The notes beneath the pieces are model-generated. The model made no database searches. It was not told where the DNA came from and saw only the letters and a list, made by a program, of their open reading frames with translations. Source: Yuukianura sp. NJ FZ-2021 (Eukaryota). From it: a stretch of DNA of 64,000 nt. This document shows positions 53,970 through 64,000 of this stretch, in pieces. The position numbers were made by a program, and so were the translations under genes. How positions within the stretch are numbered: position 1 is the first letter of the stretch; the number at the start of each line of letters is the position of its first letter. The stretch is from assembly GCA_046563655.1 (NCBI GenBank), contig CM102288.1, positions 6,014,001 to 6,078,000 on the forward strand. The letters run 5' to 3'.

Positions 53970-56750
53970 ATGCGAGTGCTCAAGTTGTCAAGACGACGTG
54001 TCATACTGGCAGTGAGTGCTGGGCTGGGAGTGGGACTACTGTTGTCATGGAATCTCGTCACGACCTCTGACATCATCGGTTCTCCGCAGCACATCATCAG
54101 TACTCCGCAGCATCTCAGCAATAAGTTGGAGTCGGTTGTCAATGGTTTCGGAGCAGCACAAAATTTTGAATCGGTGGATCCTTCTGGGCCAAACGTAGTT
54201 TCTGTAGTTCGACTGGATCAGACTTACAGACAAAATGAGGTAATTTTTTTTTTTGAAAAAATGTCTTTTGAATATTAAATTTTGAAATTTCTCAAAATTT
54301 ATTGAAATTTTGAAATTTCCTGCAGTCTAGCAAGGCCCTTCCAATGGTAGAAACGCTCTTCCGTGGCGATATTCCACTACGACCAGACTATCCTGGATTT
54401 CCAGAACAAAACAGAGTAAGGATATTAAAAGAGTGCAAAAATTGGCGCCAATTTTAAAAAATTGTGATTTAAAAAAACATATAGTTCACAAAAATAGTCA
54501 TTTCCAAAATTTTGATTGATTTTAAAGTTGTTGCTTGCAACAAACTCTGTAAAGTTTGTTTGAAAAAAGAGAATTAGTTTTTTATTTCTAAATTTTCTAA
54601 AAGGTTAAATTTTTTCAGCTCGGTGAAAGTTCAGGAATTTTGATGGACGGCGTAGACGGGGCGGCGTTTCGAATCCCACAGCCGTTAAAAATTCCTTACA
54701 AATTGGTGCACATTGATCTCAAGGGAGCTCCACCCAAACTGTCTTACTTGAAATCGCTGTTCAGCGTTTTCAGCGATGCAGGGGCAAATGGAATTCTTCT
54801 AGAATACGAAGACATGTTCCCCTTCACCCAAGCACTTACTGGCGTCTCTCACAAATTCCACTACTCCAAGGCAAGAAATTTAAAAATTCATACAAAAATT
54901 TTTCAAAAAATTTAAAATTTTGAATTTTTTTTTGAAGGAGGAAATCCAAGACCTGATCTCAAGCGCCCTTGACCACAATTTAGAAGTGATTCCGCTCGTC
55001 CAGACTTACGGGCATCTCGAATTCATTTTGAAATTGGAGGGATTTCGAAATTTGCGAGAAGTGGATGCGTACCCACAAGAAATTTGTCCGTCCAATGAAA
55101 AGGCTTGGAAAATAGTTACCACAATGATAGACCAAGTTCTGTCTTTGAATTACTCAAAAGAGGGGGGAGGGGGTGGGTCTCGGGTCCCACCAAGCCCCAC
55201 CCCTCGCAGACCCACCTATATCCATATAGGGTGTGATGAAGTGTACCACATAGCGGAGTGTGACAAGTGCAAAGATAAGCCGCCAAAAGACTTGTTTCTG
55301 AGTCACGTGCGACGTGTAGCGACGTACGTCAAGGAAACGTACGGCGTAACGCCTATTATCTGGGACGATATGCTGCGGCGGTACCACGTCGACGAGCTAC
55401 TCAAGTCAGATATCGGTAAAACTTTCCAACAAATTTCGTTTAGGTACTCATCATCACTAGAAACATTTCTACGGTACCTCACATTTCACGGTACCGCAAA
55501 AAGTCATGTGGTACCTCACATTTCGCGGTCCCAGAAAAAGTCATGCCGTACCTTACATATTCGAGTACCAAAAAATTCTGCGGTACAAAAATTTCCTGTC
55601 GATTTTTCGCTTAGAAACCTTGACTATAGTCGATAACTTTTAAGCCGAAGTTCATGTGGTACCCAAAATTCCCTAATTTTGAATATCCCGAGCATGCTGT
55701 ACCTAGAAATGTACAGGAATTCGAAAACTGAAGTTTTTAAGTTTTCGAAAAAGTGAAATTTTGAAAACGCAGGCTCTGACGTAGAGGTGATGATGTGGGA
55801 CTACACGGAGGACGTAGACAGACTGCTGAGTCCTTACCTGTGGCCCATGTACACACAAGTCTTTCCAAATATTTGGGTAGCTTCTGCTTTTAAGGGTGCT
55901 TTTGGAGAGGCCCTGCACAAAGTGGACGTCCAGCGACATGCACTCAACCAACTCAGTTGGGTAAGTCACTTAAGGGCATAACATTTTAAGGGCAAGTTGT
56001 ACAAAGACGTAAGAAAAATGTTTACTTGCAGCTACGCGTTCTCTCTAGAGAGTCACCAAAAATTCGAAATCTTCGCGGCGTGGCTCTGACAGGATGGTCG
56101 CGCTACGACCACTTCTCGGTGCTGTGCGAACTCCTTCCTGTAGCCATTCCGTCCCTCATCCTCAGTCTCCAGCTCTGGACACTCCAGGACTACGAAAAAG
56201 CTACGCAAGGGCTCTTCAAATTTCTCAAATGTGACGAACATTCGCTCGCAAAACTCCAGAGATGTCGCTGGGATGGAGTGGATTTGTCCAACTCACTCAG
56301 CACTCTCGACTTCTACCAGGTATATTAATATATTTATATAATTTATATATATTTGTATAAAATATTAATATATTTATGTTAATGTTATATATTATTTCAA
56401 AATAGATGCAGGTCAAGTCACTGATCGAGACTCAGCGGAGTGAGAAGGGGTGGTTGGGCAGCTACAACCTTGCACACAACTACAGCTCGCCTTGGCGTCT
56501 GTCCGATGCTATTTCACAGAGTAGCCAGTACCTGAGCAGTCTCAAAAGCTACGAAAAGAGTGTTCGCCACACTCTACGCAAGTACTTTGATGACTACGTT
56601 GTAGAAGAGTGGATAGAACAGAAGATTCAGGGGATAAGGGACTCCCTACAAAGTCTTCTCACGGATGCGCAGAGTCTGGAAGCTCGCAGAGTATGGGAAA
56701 GGAGACCAATAGGAATGCTTCCCACGAGGTCAACAACAGACAAGGCATGA
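53970..56750 (+). CDS. Hexosaminidase D-like (GH20), type II membrane protein, multi-exon
   Basis: [59 protein letters not shown]; catalytic [43 protein letters not shown]. Confidence 0.92.
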
Positions 56751-57238
56751 ACAATTTTCAATAAAGGTGAACAAAAATAAATAAAAGTGAATAAAAATAA
56801 GTAAAAGTAAAAACTAATTAAATATCATCGCAATTAACTTGTTAGGAGACCCAACCAAGTTTTTCGCTCACTCACTCTCACTCAAACTAGGTTGGGACGG
56901 GTTCCCCCCTCATTTTACCTTAACACAGAGGAGATAGGAATCCGGCGGATTCCGCCAGGTTTGAGCAGGGGCTTCTGTTGCAAAACGCGAATTATGAATA
57001 TAGTATATTCACGGATGTACTAATACCTCATCGTCGTGACAAAAGCTTAAGAACGACTATTAATTAATAAAAAATGTTTCAATTACGTATTAGTTATAAT
57101 AATTTTTTTTAAAAATAGAAACAAAAACGCAAGTAAGTGAACATGTTCTTTAATGTTGTAATTTCTCATCGAGTGGCACAAACTTTACAGCGATTATTAA
57201 TTAGTTGCACCAACCCGTACCACCCCACTTTCTCAAAG

Positions 57239-57702
57239 ATTTTCTAACTCCAGAAAGTTTTCAAACTACAAAGTTGATGCTTTTAGACAACCTTTAAAAT
57301 GACCTCTACAAAAGTTGTTAAGCTCGATTGGAGGATTATTTTTTGTAATGTGACCTATGAACCTGTGACCGTTATTAGGGGTCATAGGTCAATTTGAAGG
57401 TCAAACCCAAAAAGAAACTTTTCATATTTTTTAACGAATTCACCAATAATACGTCTAAACGAACAAGTTGTATGCTAGAAGAATGATTTTCTGACATTTT
57501 CTTGTCACGGAGATCATCGGGATTATGAAAACGATCGTTTAAGCAACAAGTATGAAAAAAAATTCTTTTTCGTTTTACCTTCAAAGTCACAGAACAAAAA
57601 ATAATGTTGTCATCGAGCTGAAGAACTTTCGTAGAGGTCATTTTAAAGGTTGTCTGATTGCATAAACTCTATACTTTGAAAAATTTTCGGACGTTGGAAA
57701 AT
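57239..57702. mobile_element. Intergenic MITE-like element with ~90-bp imperfect terminal inverted repeats
   Basis: AGACAACCTTTAAAATGACCTCTAC (57285-57309) is the exact reverse complement of 57631-57655; imperfect pairing extends to both ends. Confidence 0.8.
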
Positions 57703-58646
57703 TAGTGCACAAATTTTATTTGCGCAAAGAGTAGAGGGTAGGATAGTATAGTCGGCCTATATATTGTTAGCCCTTCGAAAAACGGTACGTCAGTTTTTGT
57801 CGTTTTATTGATGTTTTTACTGTTGAAATTTTGTCGGTAGTTTGTTATCTGACATTCTCTACGTTTGCCATATCTGAAGGACTCTTTTTTCGGAGGCCTA
57901 AAACTAAATTGGCCACAAACTACGATCCTACCCTCTACTCCAAAAATCACTGCGAGAAAGTCGTGAGTTGCGATGGTTTATGTGGGGTTGAGATGGGAGG
58001 AAAAGTGAAGGGAAGTCGGACGGAGTAGCAATTAACTCAAAGTTTTGGTGTTTGGGAGATGAATTAGTTGTCTGTGGCATTCCCAAATTCCGAGGTTTAG
58101 TATAGCCCCGTACGAGCTAGTTGAAAAAAATCCGTTGAAAAACATGGTTGACGTTAAGTTTAACGAGAGTTCCTCAATTAGCTATCTCGGTGGTCGGCCA
58201 TTTTTGTGACTACCACTGACGGCTACACCTTGATGGCAACACTAATAGCCGCTGAACTTAAAAAATTTGAGCTAAAGTGGCAACGTATTAAAGAGGGAGA
58301 TAGCGCAGCCACCCGTTGTAGCAGCGAATACAAACGACGCTGGTCAAACCTTACGCCAACCGAAAATAGGAAATAGCAGACATTTTTAAATCAAGACATC
58401 AATTACTACGCAGTTCCAATTAAAATACAGTGAAAACCGAAGTTATTGCCTTTTAGTTTAAGTTGTAATCTTTTAAACAGTCGTGCTTAACTAATTACTT
58501 TCCCTCCCTGGCCTGCTGTACACCTTTTCTTCTGTCCAGGTAGTCTCCTTTATTTCCCGATCCAACCAAGTATTTAGTTATATTCGTTACTCTTGTACAT
58601 AGTTTTTCATCCTTATGTTTTTGTTACATTTAATTAGTATGTGATA

Positions 58647-59680
58647 ATGACCCCTACCAAAGCAGCAGTCAATCAAGCATTGATGAATGAAATAGCTCAA
58701 CTATCCAGTAAGTTAACTTTTTGCTTCGTTAAGAATCATCTAAGTATCATCGCTTCGTCATCTTTTGTCCTCCAGAGGTAATCCGTACGCGAGAAGCTGC
58801 TTTGACGAGCCTTCGTCAACGACCGAGAACCACAATTCAACACCGAATTCCAAATCCAAGGTACAGTTTAGGAAGTGGATGACTCATTCAGGATGAGACT
58901 GGACCACGTCGGCTAGTTTGCGTTCGGGGTCACTTACGTGTCATTTTTAACACAAAGTTACACGATATAACTTTGTGAGAATGATTAAATCCTTGTTTGA
59001 GTTACAGGAAAAGGAGCCGAGCTACAGGACCGAAGCCTCCGTGTGTCTACTACTTACGCAAATGCTGTGCTACGATCAACTGTCCGTTTCCACATGTCGA
59101 TCCGCCCGAGGAACCCGGAGAAAAGAAAAACCCGGTAATTCACAACCATGAAAGTCCCGTCCATACGACCTAGTACATTCATTTGTTAACTTTAACGAAT
59201 TTAACTCTCACGCTTTTTTTTTCATTAAGTTCAAGGAGAAAAAAGCGGGAGCGTTATTAAATTCGTAAAAGTTAGCAAATGGGAAATGAGTGTACAGTAG
59301 TAGTGGACCCGAATAGCTCATATCCAACCACCGATTTGTTATTTTTGTTTATTTATTCGCCGGAGACCAAGACGGTGGAGGATTCGAAGCCGAAACGTTA
59401 CTACGAACAGAAGACGTCCCCTGGTGAGTGCATTCCCGTCGCTGTACCGAGGAATATAAGACCAAAGAAGAGTGAAATGCTGTTCGAAGGAACTTGTGAT
59501 ATGGTAAGTACTGTTAACCCCACGAACGAAGTGGGATTGAGTGTAGTTGATATGGAACGTCGTGAACGACTCCTTAAAAAAGTGGCACTACTCAAAAGTC
59601 GTTATGCTAGTGTCAAAAACTCCTCAGCAAGTGCTATTTCCGCTCCAGAGTTTATTCCTTTTAGAAAAAATACGTCGTGA
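58647..59680 (+). CDS. Small single-CCCH zinc-finger protein (ZC3H3/CPSF30-type finger); last exon uncertain
   Basis: Exons 58647-58707, 58776-58860, 59008-59134 splice in frame (GT-AG) and encode CVYYLRKCCATINCPFPH (C-x7-C-x4-C-x3-H); probably joins ORF 59279-59680 via an acceptor near 59275. Confidence 0.55.
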
Positions 59681-60902
59681 CTGTTATAATATTATAACTA
59701 TTATATTGCTATATTTTAATATAACTATTTCAGTCATGTGACCGCATTTTAAATGAAATTAATAAAACAGATGGGTGTAAAAAAAATTGTAGTAGATCAA
59801 TCTTTCTTTCTAGTAATAAAAACCCTTAATTTAATTGTGAAGATTCAATACACCGAAGAACTTACCAGATTAATTAGAAAATGTAGTTAAATTTTTAACG
59901 ATTGAATGGGACATCTTTTGGTCAGTTTTCAACTTCAACTGCTTTTGAACTGGTTTGAGCCACTTCCTTGGAACGGAACAACAGTCGCATGAGCAACGGA
60001 CCCTAGAAACAGAAAATTGTAGACAGCACATTATATGACTGTGCAGAAAACGAAGCTAAATAGAGTGGAAGGAGTAACTATTTCAGAAAATGAAGCTGGA
60101 TATGGTGGAGGGAGTAACTATCCCAGAAAACAGACATACCATGACCAGTCGTTTGAGAGTGTGGAATTTGAATGCGGTCTTCTTGCGTTGCCGGGCCAAC
60201 TTCTCCAATTTAGATCCTGACGACGCTCCGAGGAATCCATGGCTCCTTTTCTTTCGTTTGCCAGATGCTTGGACACTACTGCGACGACGCTGACCCATGT
60301 TCCAGGATATCCACAGATCTAAGGTAAGTTTTAGTTTAGTAAGGTTACGTGGGTTCATGTTTTGAGATTATCAATTCAATTTGAAATTGAACAATTACCG
60401 ATCAGTAACACTGGAGCTGGAATGTCCTGCAGTACACGTAAAGGTTGCTCTGATGATAAATTTAAGTTAACTTCGTCAATTACCGTCGTGTTTGTTGACG
60501 TTAACGGTTTGTTTACCTTCTTTAAATTTCAAGTGAAGTATGTGGCGGCAAATGCAGTTCTTCTAGAGTATACCAGCATCACTCCATGTCACCCTCTTTG
60601 CGGAGGAATCCGACGAATCGCAAGATTAGTGTACCCAGAGCACCGTTGCCGCATTCGTGGCTGAAAGTATACTTAAAAGACAACATAATTTATAATTTGC
60701 TAAATAATTAAATAAATTATTTTATTCATGGCATAGGTTTGGCTAGATTAGTCAAAAAATCTTAGACCAACTCCACAACTAGTCACTTTTATACATTTAC
60801 TACTCATTTTCCATTTCTAATCCAAAAATAAAATAAAAGTATTTCCATCTTATGCTAAAAACTACATAATTCGATTTGTTCTGGTGAAAAGTCAATCCAG
60901 TT

Positions 60903-63900
60903 TCAAATTTCAGTGCCGTCATCCTGAGTCCTAGGTTTAGTCAAACTGGAATCAACGGGGTCTTCCGGGGTTGGGGTTCTCTTTTTCGTTGGTTTTGGGG
61001 GTGGTTTGGGAGGAACCTTCTTCTCACTGTGTGGGGCTTCTTGGTAGGGGACCACTTCTGTAGAGGCGTCAATTGGTGGGGACGCTTCTCCCTGTTCTTG
61101 AATGGGGTCGAAGCTGAACTGGGGTTGTACAGCGGGGTTTGGGGTACGACCCCGCGGGTACGCTGGCAACGTCCTTGAGGGATAGTTACTCCCTCCATCT
61201 AGATTATTCAGAGAATGACGGGAACTTCCGTCAGCTGTTGTTCTCATGCCTAGATTGTCGTACTTTACAAGGGGTGGGCCAGGGGTAGGCAAACCACCCG
61301 TCCGTGGGGTCCAAGTGTTGAGACGAGGTCTTCTGGGGAGTGTGACATATCCTGGTCTATGTGGGGGTGGGACGATAGCTCTTTGTTGGGGAGGTTCTGA
61401 AGCAAATGAGGCCACACTTCCGGAGAAGGGGGAATGGGGTCTTCTGAAGGGGAAGTTGATGGGGTTCAGAGTGGGGTTCAGTTCCAGGGGGCGACGGTAG
61501 TAACTGTCAAGAGTTTGTGGTACGAATTGTCCAGGGGACCGTGACCTTGTGCTGCCTATAGGTGAAGTGGCACCACGGCGGCGTGGAAGGTCAAGTAAAT
61601 CGGGGTAGTCGGAATCCCCTTCTATTTGTTCGTAGTTTTGTGACGGGGTCATCAGCGGAGTTGTGCTTTCGAGGAATCCGTTTTCTTGGGTGACCTTTGA
61701 CCTCTTCATGGTAGTCATCTCCACTTCCTGAAAAAAAAAACACGTTTTTAGTTCGTTTTCTAATTGTAAATTTTGTGTGAATAAATATTTTGTACCTTCC
61801 CACCAAAATCCGTAGCAGCAAAAGCGACAGCAAAATTAATCAAGAAAAAGCGAAATTTTTACTTCCATTTTTAATCGTAATTTCATGTAATTCCTTTTAA
61901 TGTAAAGCAACTTATGTAATCAACCTTATGTAATGCGACTTATGTAACGCAAATGTAATCAACGTTATGTACTGACATTATAGAAAGCTGACATGATTAG
62001 CTCAAAATTAGACATGTAACCCGTTTGTCCAGCGCCGTCCCTCCCGCAGTATCTCTGAGTTGACCAAGGACGGTGTTTGGGTATGCGGAGAGGGCGGAGC
62101 CAGCATCGTAGGGGGAGGAGCCAGCATTGAGTTGATGAGGTCATAGGTTCCTCCAAGCGTTAGAGGCACAAAGTGATGTGAGTTCAACTCCCGCTCTTGG
62201 AGATACTCGGGTTCAAATGTCGGTGGAGTATTGTTGTAAGTGGAATTCAAATTTTGAAAGTTGGCGCCATTTCGAGCAATGGGCGGAATCCACTCTGGAA
62301 CGTCATAATTAAACGGAGACTCCGCCTGTCGCACCATCATCAAAGGAGGAGGTTCTGGATCGCTCTGAAATGTTTCAAAATGGCACCCATTTCGAAATTT
62401 CTCAAAATCAATTTTGAGTTCAAAGGTTTCGAAATTTTAAAAACTCAAAAAAATAGAAAACAAAAAGAAATAGGAAAGTCAAGAGGAAAACACACAGCAG
62501 GGGGAATTAAACCACAAATTGATTCTCGGAATTCAAAAAAAAAACCCAGGAAAACATCAAAGCATTTCCAATTTGAAACCAAAAAAAAAAAGCTAAGCGA
62601 TGCTTGAAGTAGTTTTTTGCAACGATTTTTTTTTCAAAAACTGACCTTAAATTCGGTTCGCGTTTCCTTCGGAGGTTTTCGGATTCTACGAAAGCAGAGA
62701 CATAGGAGTATGATGAGTAAAATAGTAAGCGTAAGCAAGGCTCCAAGACAAATGATCAAAATCCAGAGCCAGGATTGGCTGGGTACCAAAACTCCGCCTC
62801 CAGCTCCGCTTCCTGCTCCAGCTCCACCAATAAGCGCTCCAAAATTCAAAGTTATGTTCCGCTCCACACTTCCAGCTGAAATTTACAAACAAAAAACACG
62901 TTTTAGCGACAGAAATTTGAAATTCGAACGGCAAAGAATTTCCAGGAAATTTTTTCGCGTTTTTTTGAGCCTCAATATAATGTGAGCTGAGATAGCGCCC
63001 TCCATCCTTTGTAGAATGGAGCCTGATAGCCTAAGGGTTAGAGTGCTACCCGGATAGAAGAGCTATGGGTTCGAATCCCATTCGGTCCGTTATTTCTTTT
63101 TACACTCTAGTTCTTTGTCTGTCAAGTCATGTGACCCCTGAACGTAGCAGTAACAAGCTCACCTTTGTTTTCTCCAACACAAGTGTAGTCTCCGGCATCA
63201 CCAAAACTAGTTTTCGTAAAGGTCAAGTTGACCCAGCGGTCGCCCTCTCCGCTGACTTGCACAAAATACGGCTTCCCATTGGCTGTCGCCGTGCTGTTCG
63301 TCATTCCAATGGAATCCTTGATCCAGCGAACTTCCGCTGGAGGATTTGCTCTAACGAGACATTCCAGTCTCACTGCTGGTCCAATGTCGCCGGCGACATA
63401 CGTTCCTGATGTCGCCTGATGCCCACTGACCGTCACTGCCACGATTTCTGGAGGACAAGCAAAGTGTGAGGTAAGAAGTTGCGTCCACTCAAAATTTGCC
63501 AATCGGTCTGGTTGTGAGCACTTCGGAGGCTGGATTCCGAGGAGCTTGTTTCTTAGGGCCCAGTCCCTTAATCCCTGCAACTTACAGTCGCAGTGCCAAG
63601 GGTTGTCATGGAGACTAACAGCTTTTAGCTTAGACAAGTTTTCAAATAGGAGATCGCTCAGAGTGTGGAACTGGTTCCCACTGAGGTCAAGTTGCTCCAA
63701 AGAGGTCAACTGCTCAAAAGTTTTTGGCGGAATACTGCTTAAGTTACACCCACGAAGCGATAGTTTTTGAAAATGCTGAAGCGGCGGGAAACCGGCTCCG
63801 AGAAGGCGCGAAATCGGGTTTCCCGAAATTTGAAATTCCCGCAATCGGTCGTTTGTGTCGAACGAATCCATGCTCCACTCTTTAATGTTGTTGTCACCTG

Positions 63901-64000
63901 CAATTAAAAATAATTCCAATACATTGCATTGGTCCAATTACATAAGTCTTACGTAGTTATCAACAGAGATCCCAGAAATATTTAGTCCCCATCCTGTAAT
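60903..64000 (-). CDS. Kekkon-family LRR-Ig transmembrane protein (kek5-like tail); 5' part outside the window
   Basis: LRRs (LEQLDLSGNQF), LRRCT LHDNPWHCDCKL, Ig domain (LECLVRANP..W..DAGDYTC), TM WLWILIICLGALLTLTILLIILLCLCF, cytoplasmic YPDLL and YVTLPRRP, PDZ-type end DGTEI*. Confidence 0.88.
63018..63107 (+). mobile_element. tRNA-derived SINE-like copy 5, the most complete (kekkon intron)
   Basis: GGAGCCTGATAGCCTAAGGGTTAGAGTGCTACCCGGATAGAAGAGCTATGGGTTCGAATCCCATTCGG followed by TTATTTCTTTTTACACT; perfect B-box GGTTCGAATCC. Confidence 0.75.

Noticed and set aside
63018..63090. Functional tRNA genes here and at 25377, 27230, 28241 and 51083
   Set aside because: A and B boxes are present, but acceptor and anticodon stems do not pair and the copies differ by indels; treated as SINE-like.
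63122..63162. Apparent premature stop truncating the kekkon Ig domain
   Set aside because: Explained by a GT-AG intron (~63162-62878) that joins ENK to AGSVERNITL.

Overview
This window is eukaryotic, AT-rich, gene-dense genomic DNA with short GT-AG introns, not a prokaryotic window. The gene content (divergent ionotropic receptor, Methuselah-like GPCR, NAAT transporter, tamozhennic, kekkon, JHAMT-like methyltransferases) points to an arthropod. A springtail (Collembola)-like genome is my inference, not proven. About 18 protein-coding genes can be assembled by hand: an intronless IR-type receptor missed by the ORF track (runs off the left edge), a CYP2-clan P450, a bacterial-type secreted alpha/beta-hydrolase with two introns (horizontal-transfer candidate), an intron-poor Ca-channel beta subunit, SLC6 NAAT, Mth-like GPCR, tamo/SPATA2-like, CCDC97, PHKB, alpha-1,3-fucosyltransferase, two SAM methyltransferases, a membrane-anchored carboxylesterase, SLC18B1-like MFS, GH31 alpha-glucosidase, GH20 hexosaminidase D-like, a small CCCH zinc-finger gene and a kekkon-like LRR-Ig receptor. 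Non-coding DNA carries several apparently non-autonomous mobile elements: five copies of a tRNA-derived SINE-like head, three inverted-repeat MITEs, a family marked by GGAGGGAGTAACT, a dispersed intronic repeat and several minisatellites. I see no multi-gene novel system that the sequence alone supports. The best leads are the HGT-like esterase, the hidden IR, the SINE/hairpin family and a few unusual protein architectures. Exon boundaries were read by eye and are approximate unless stated.
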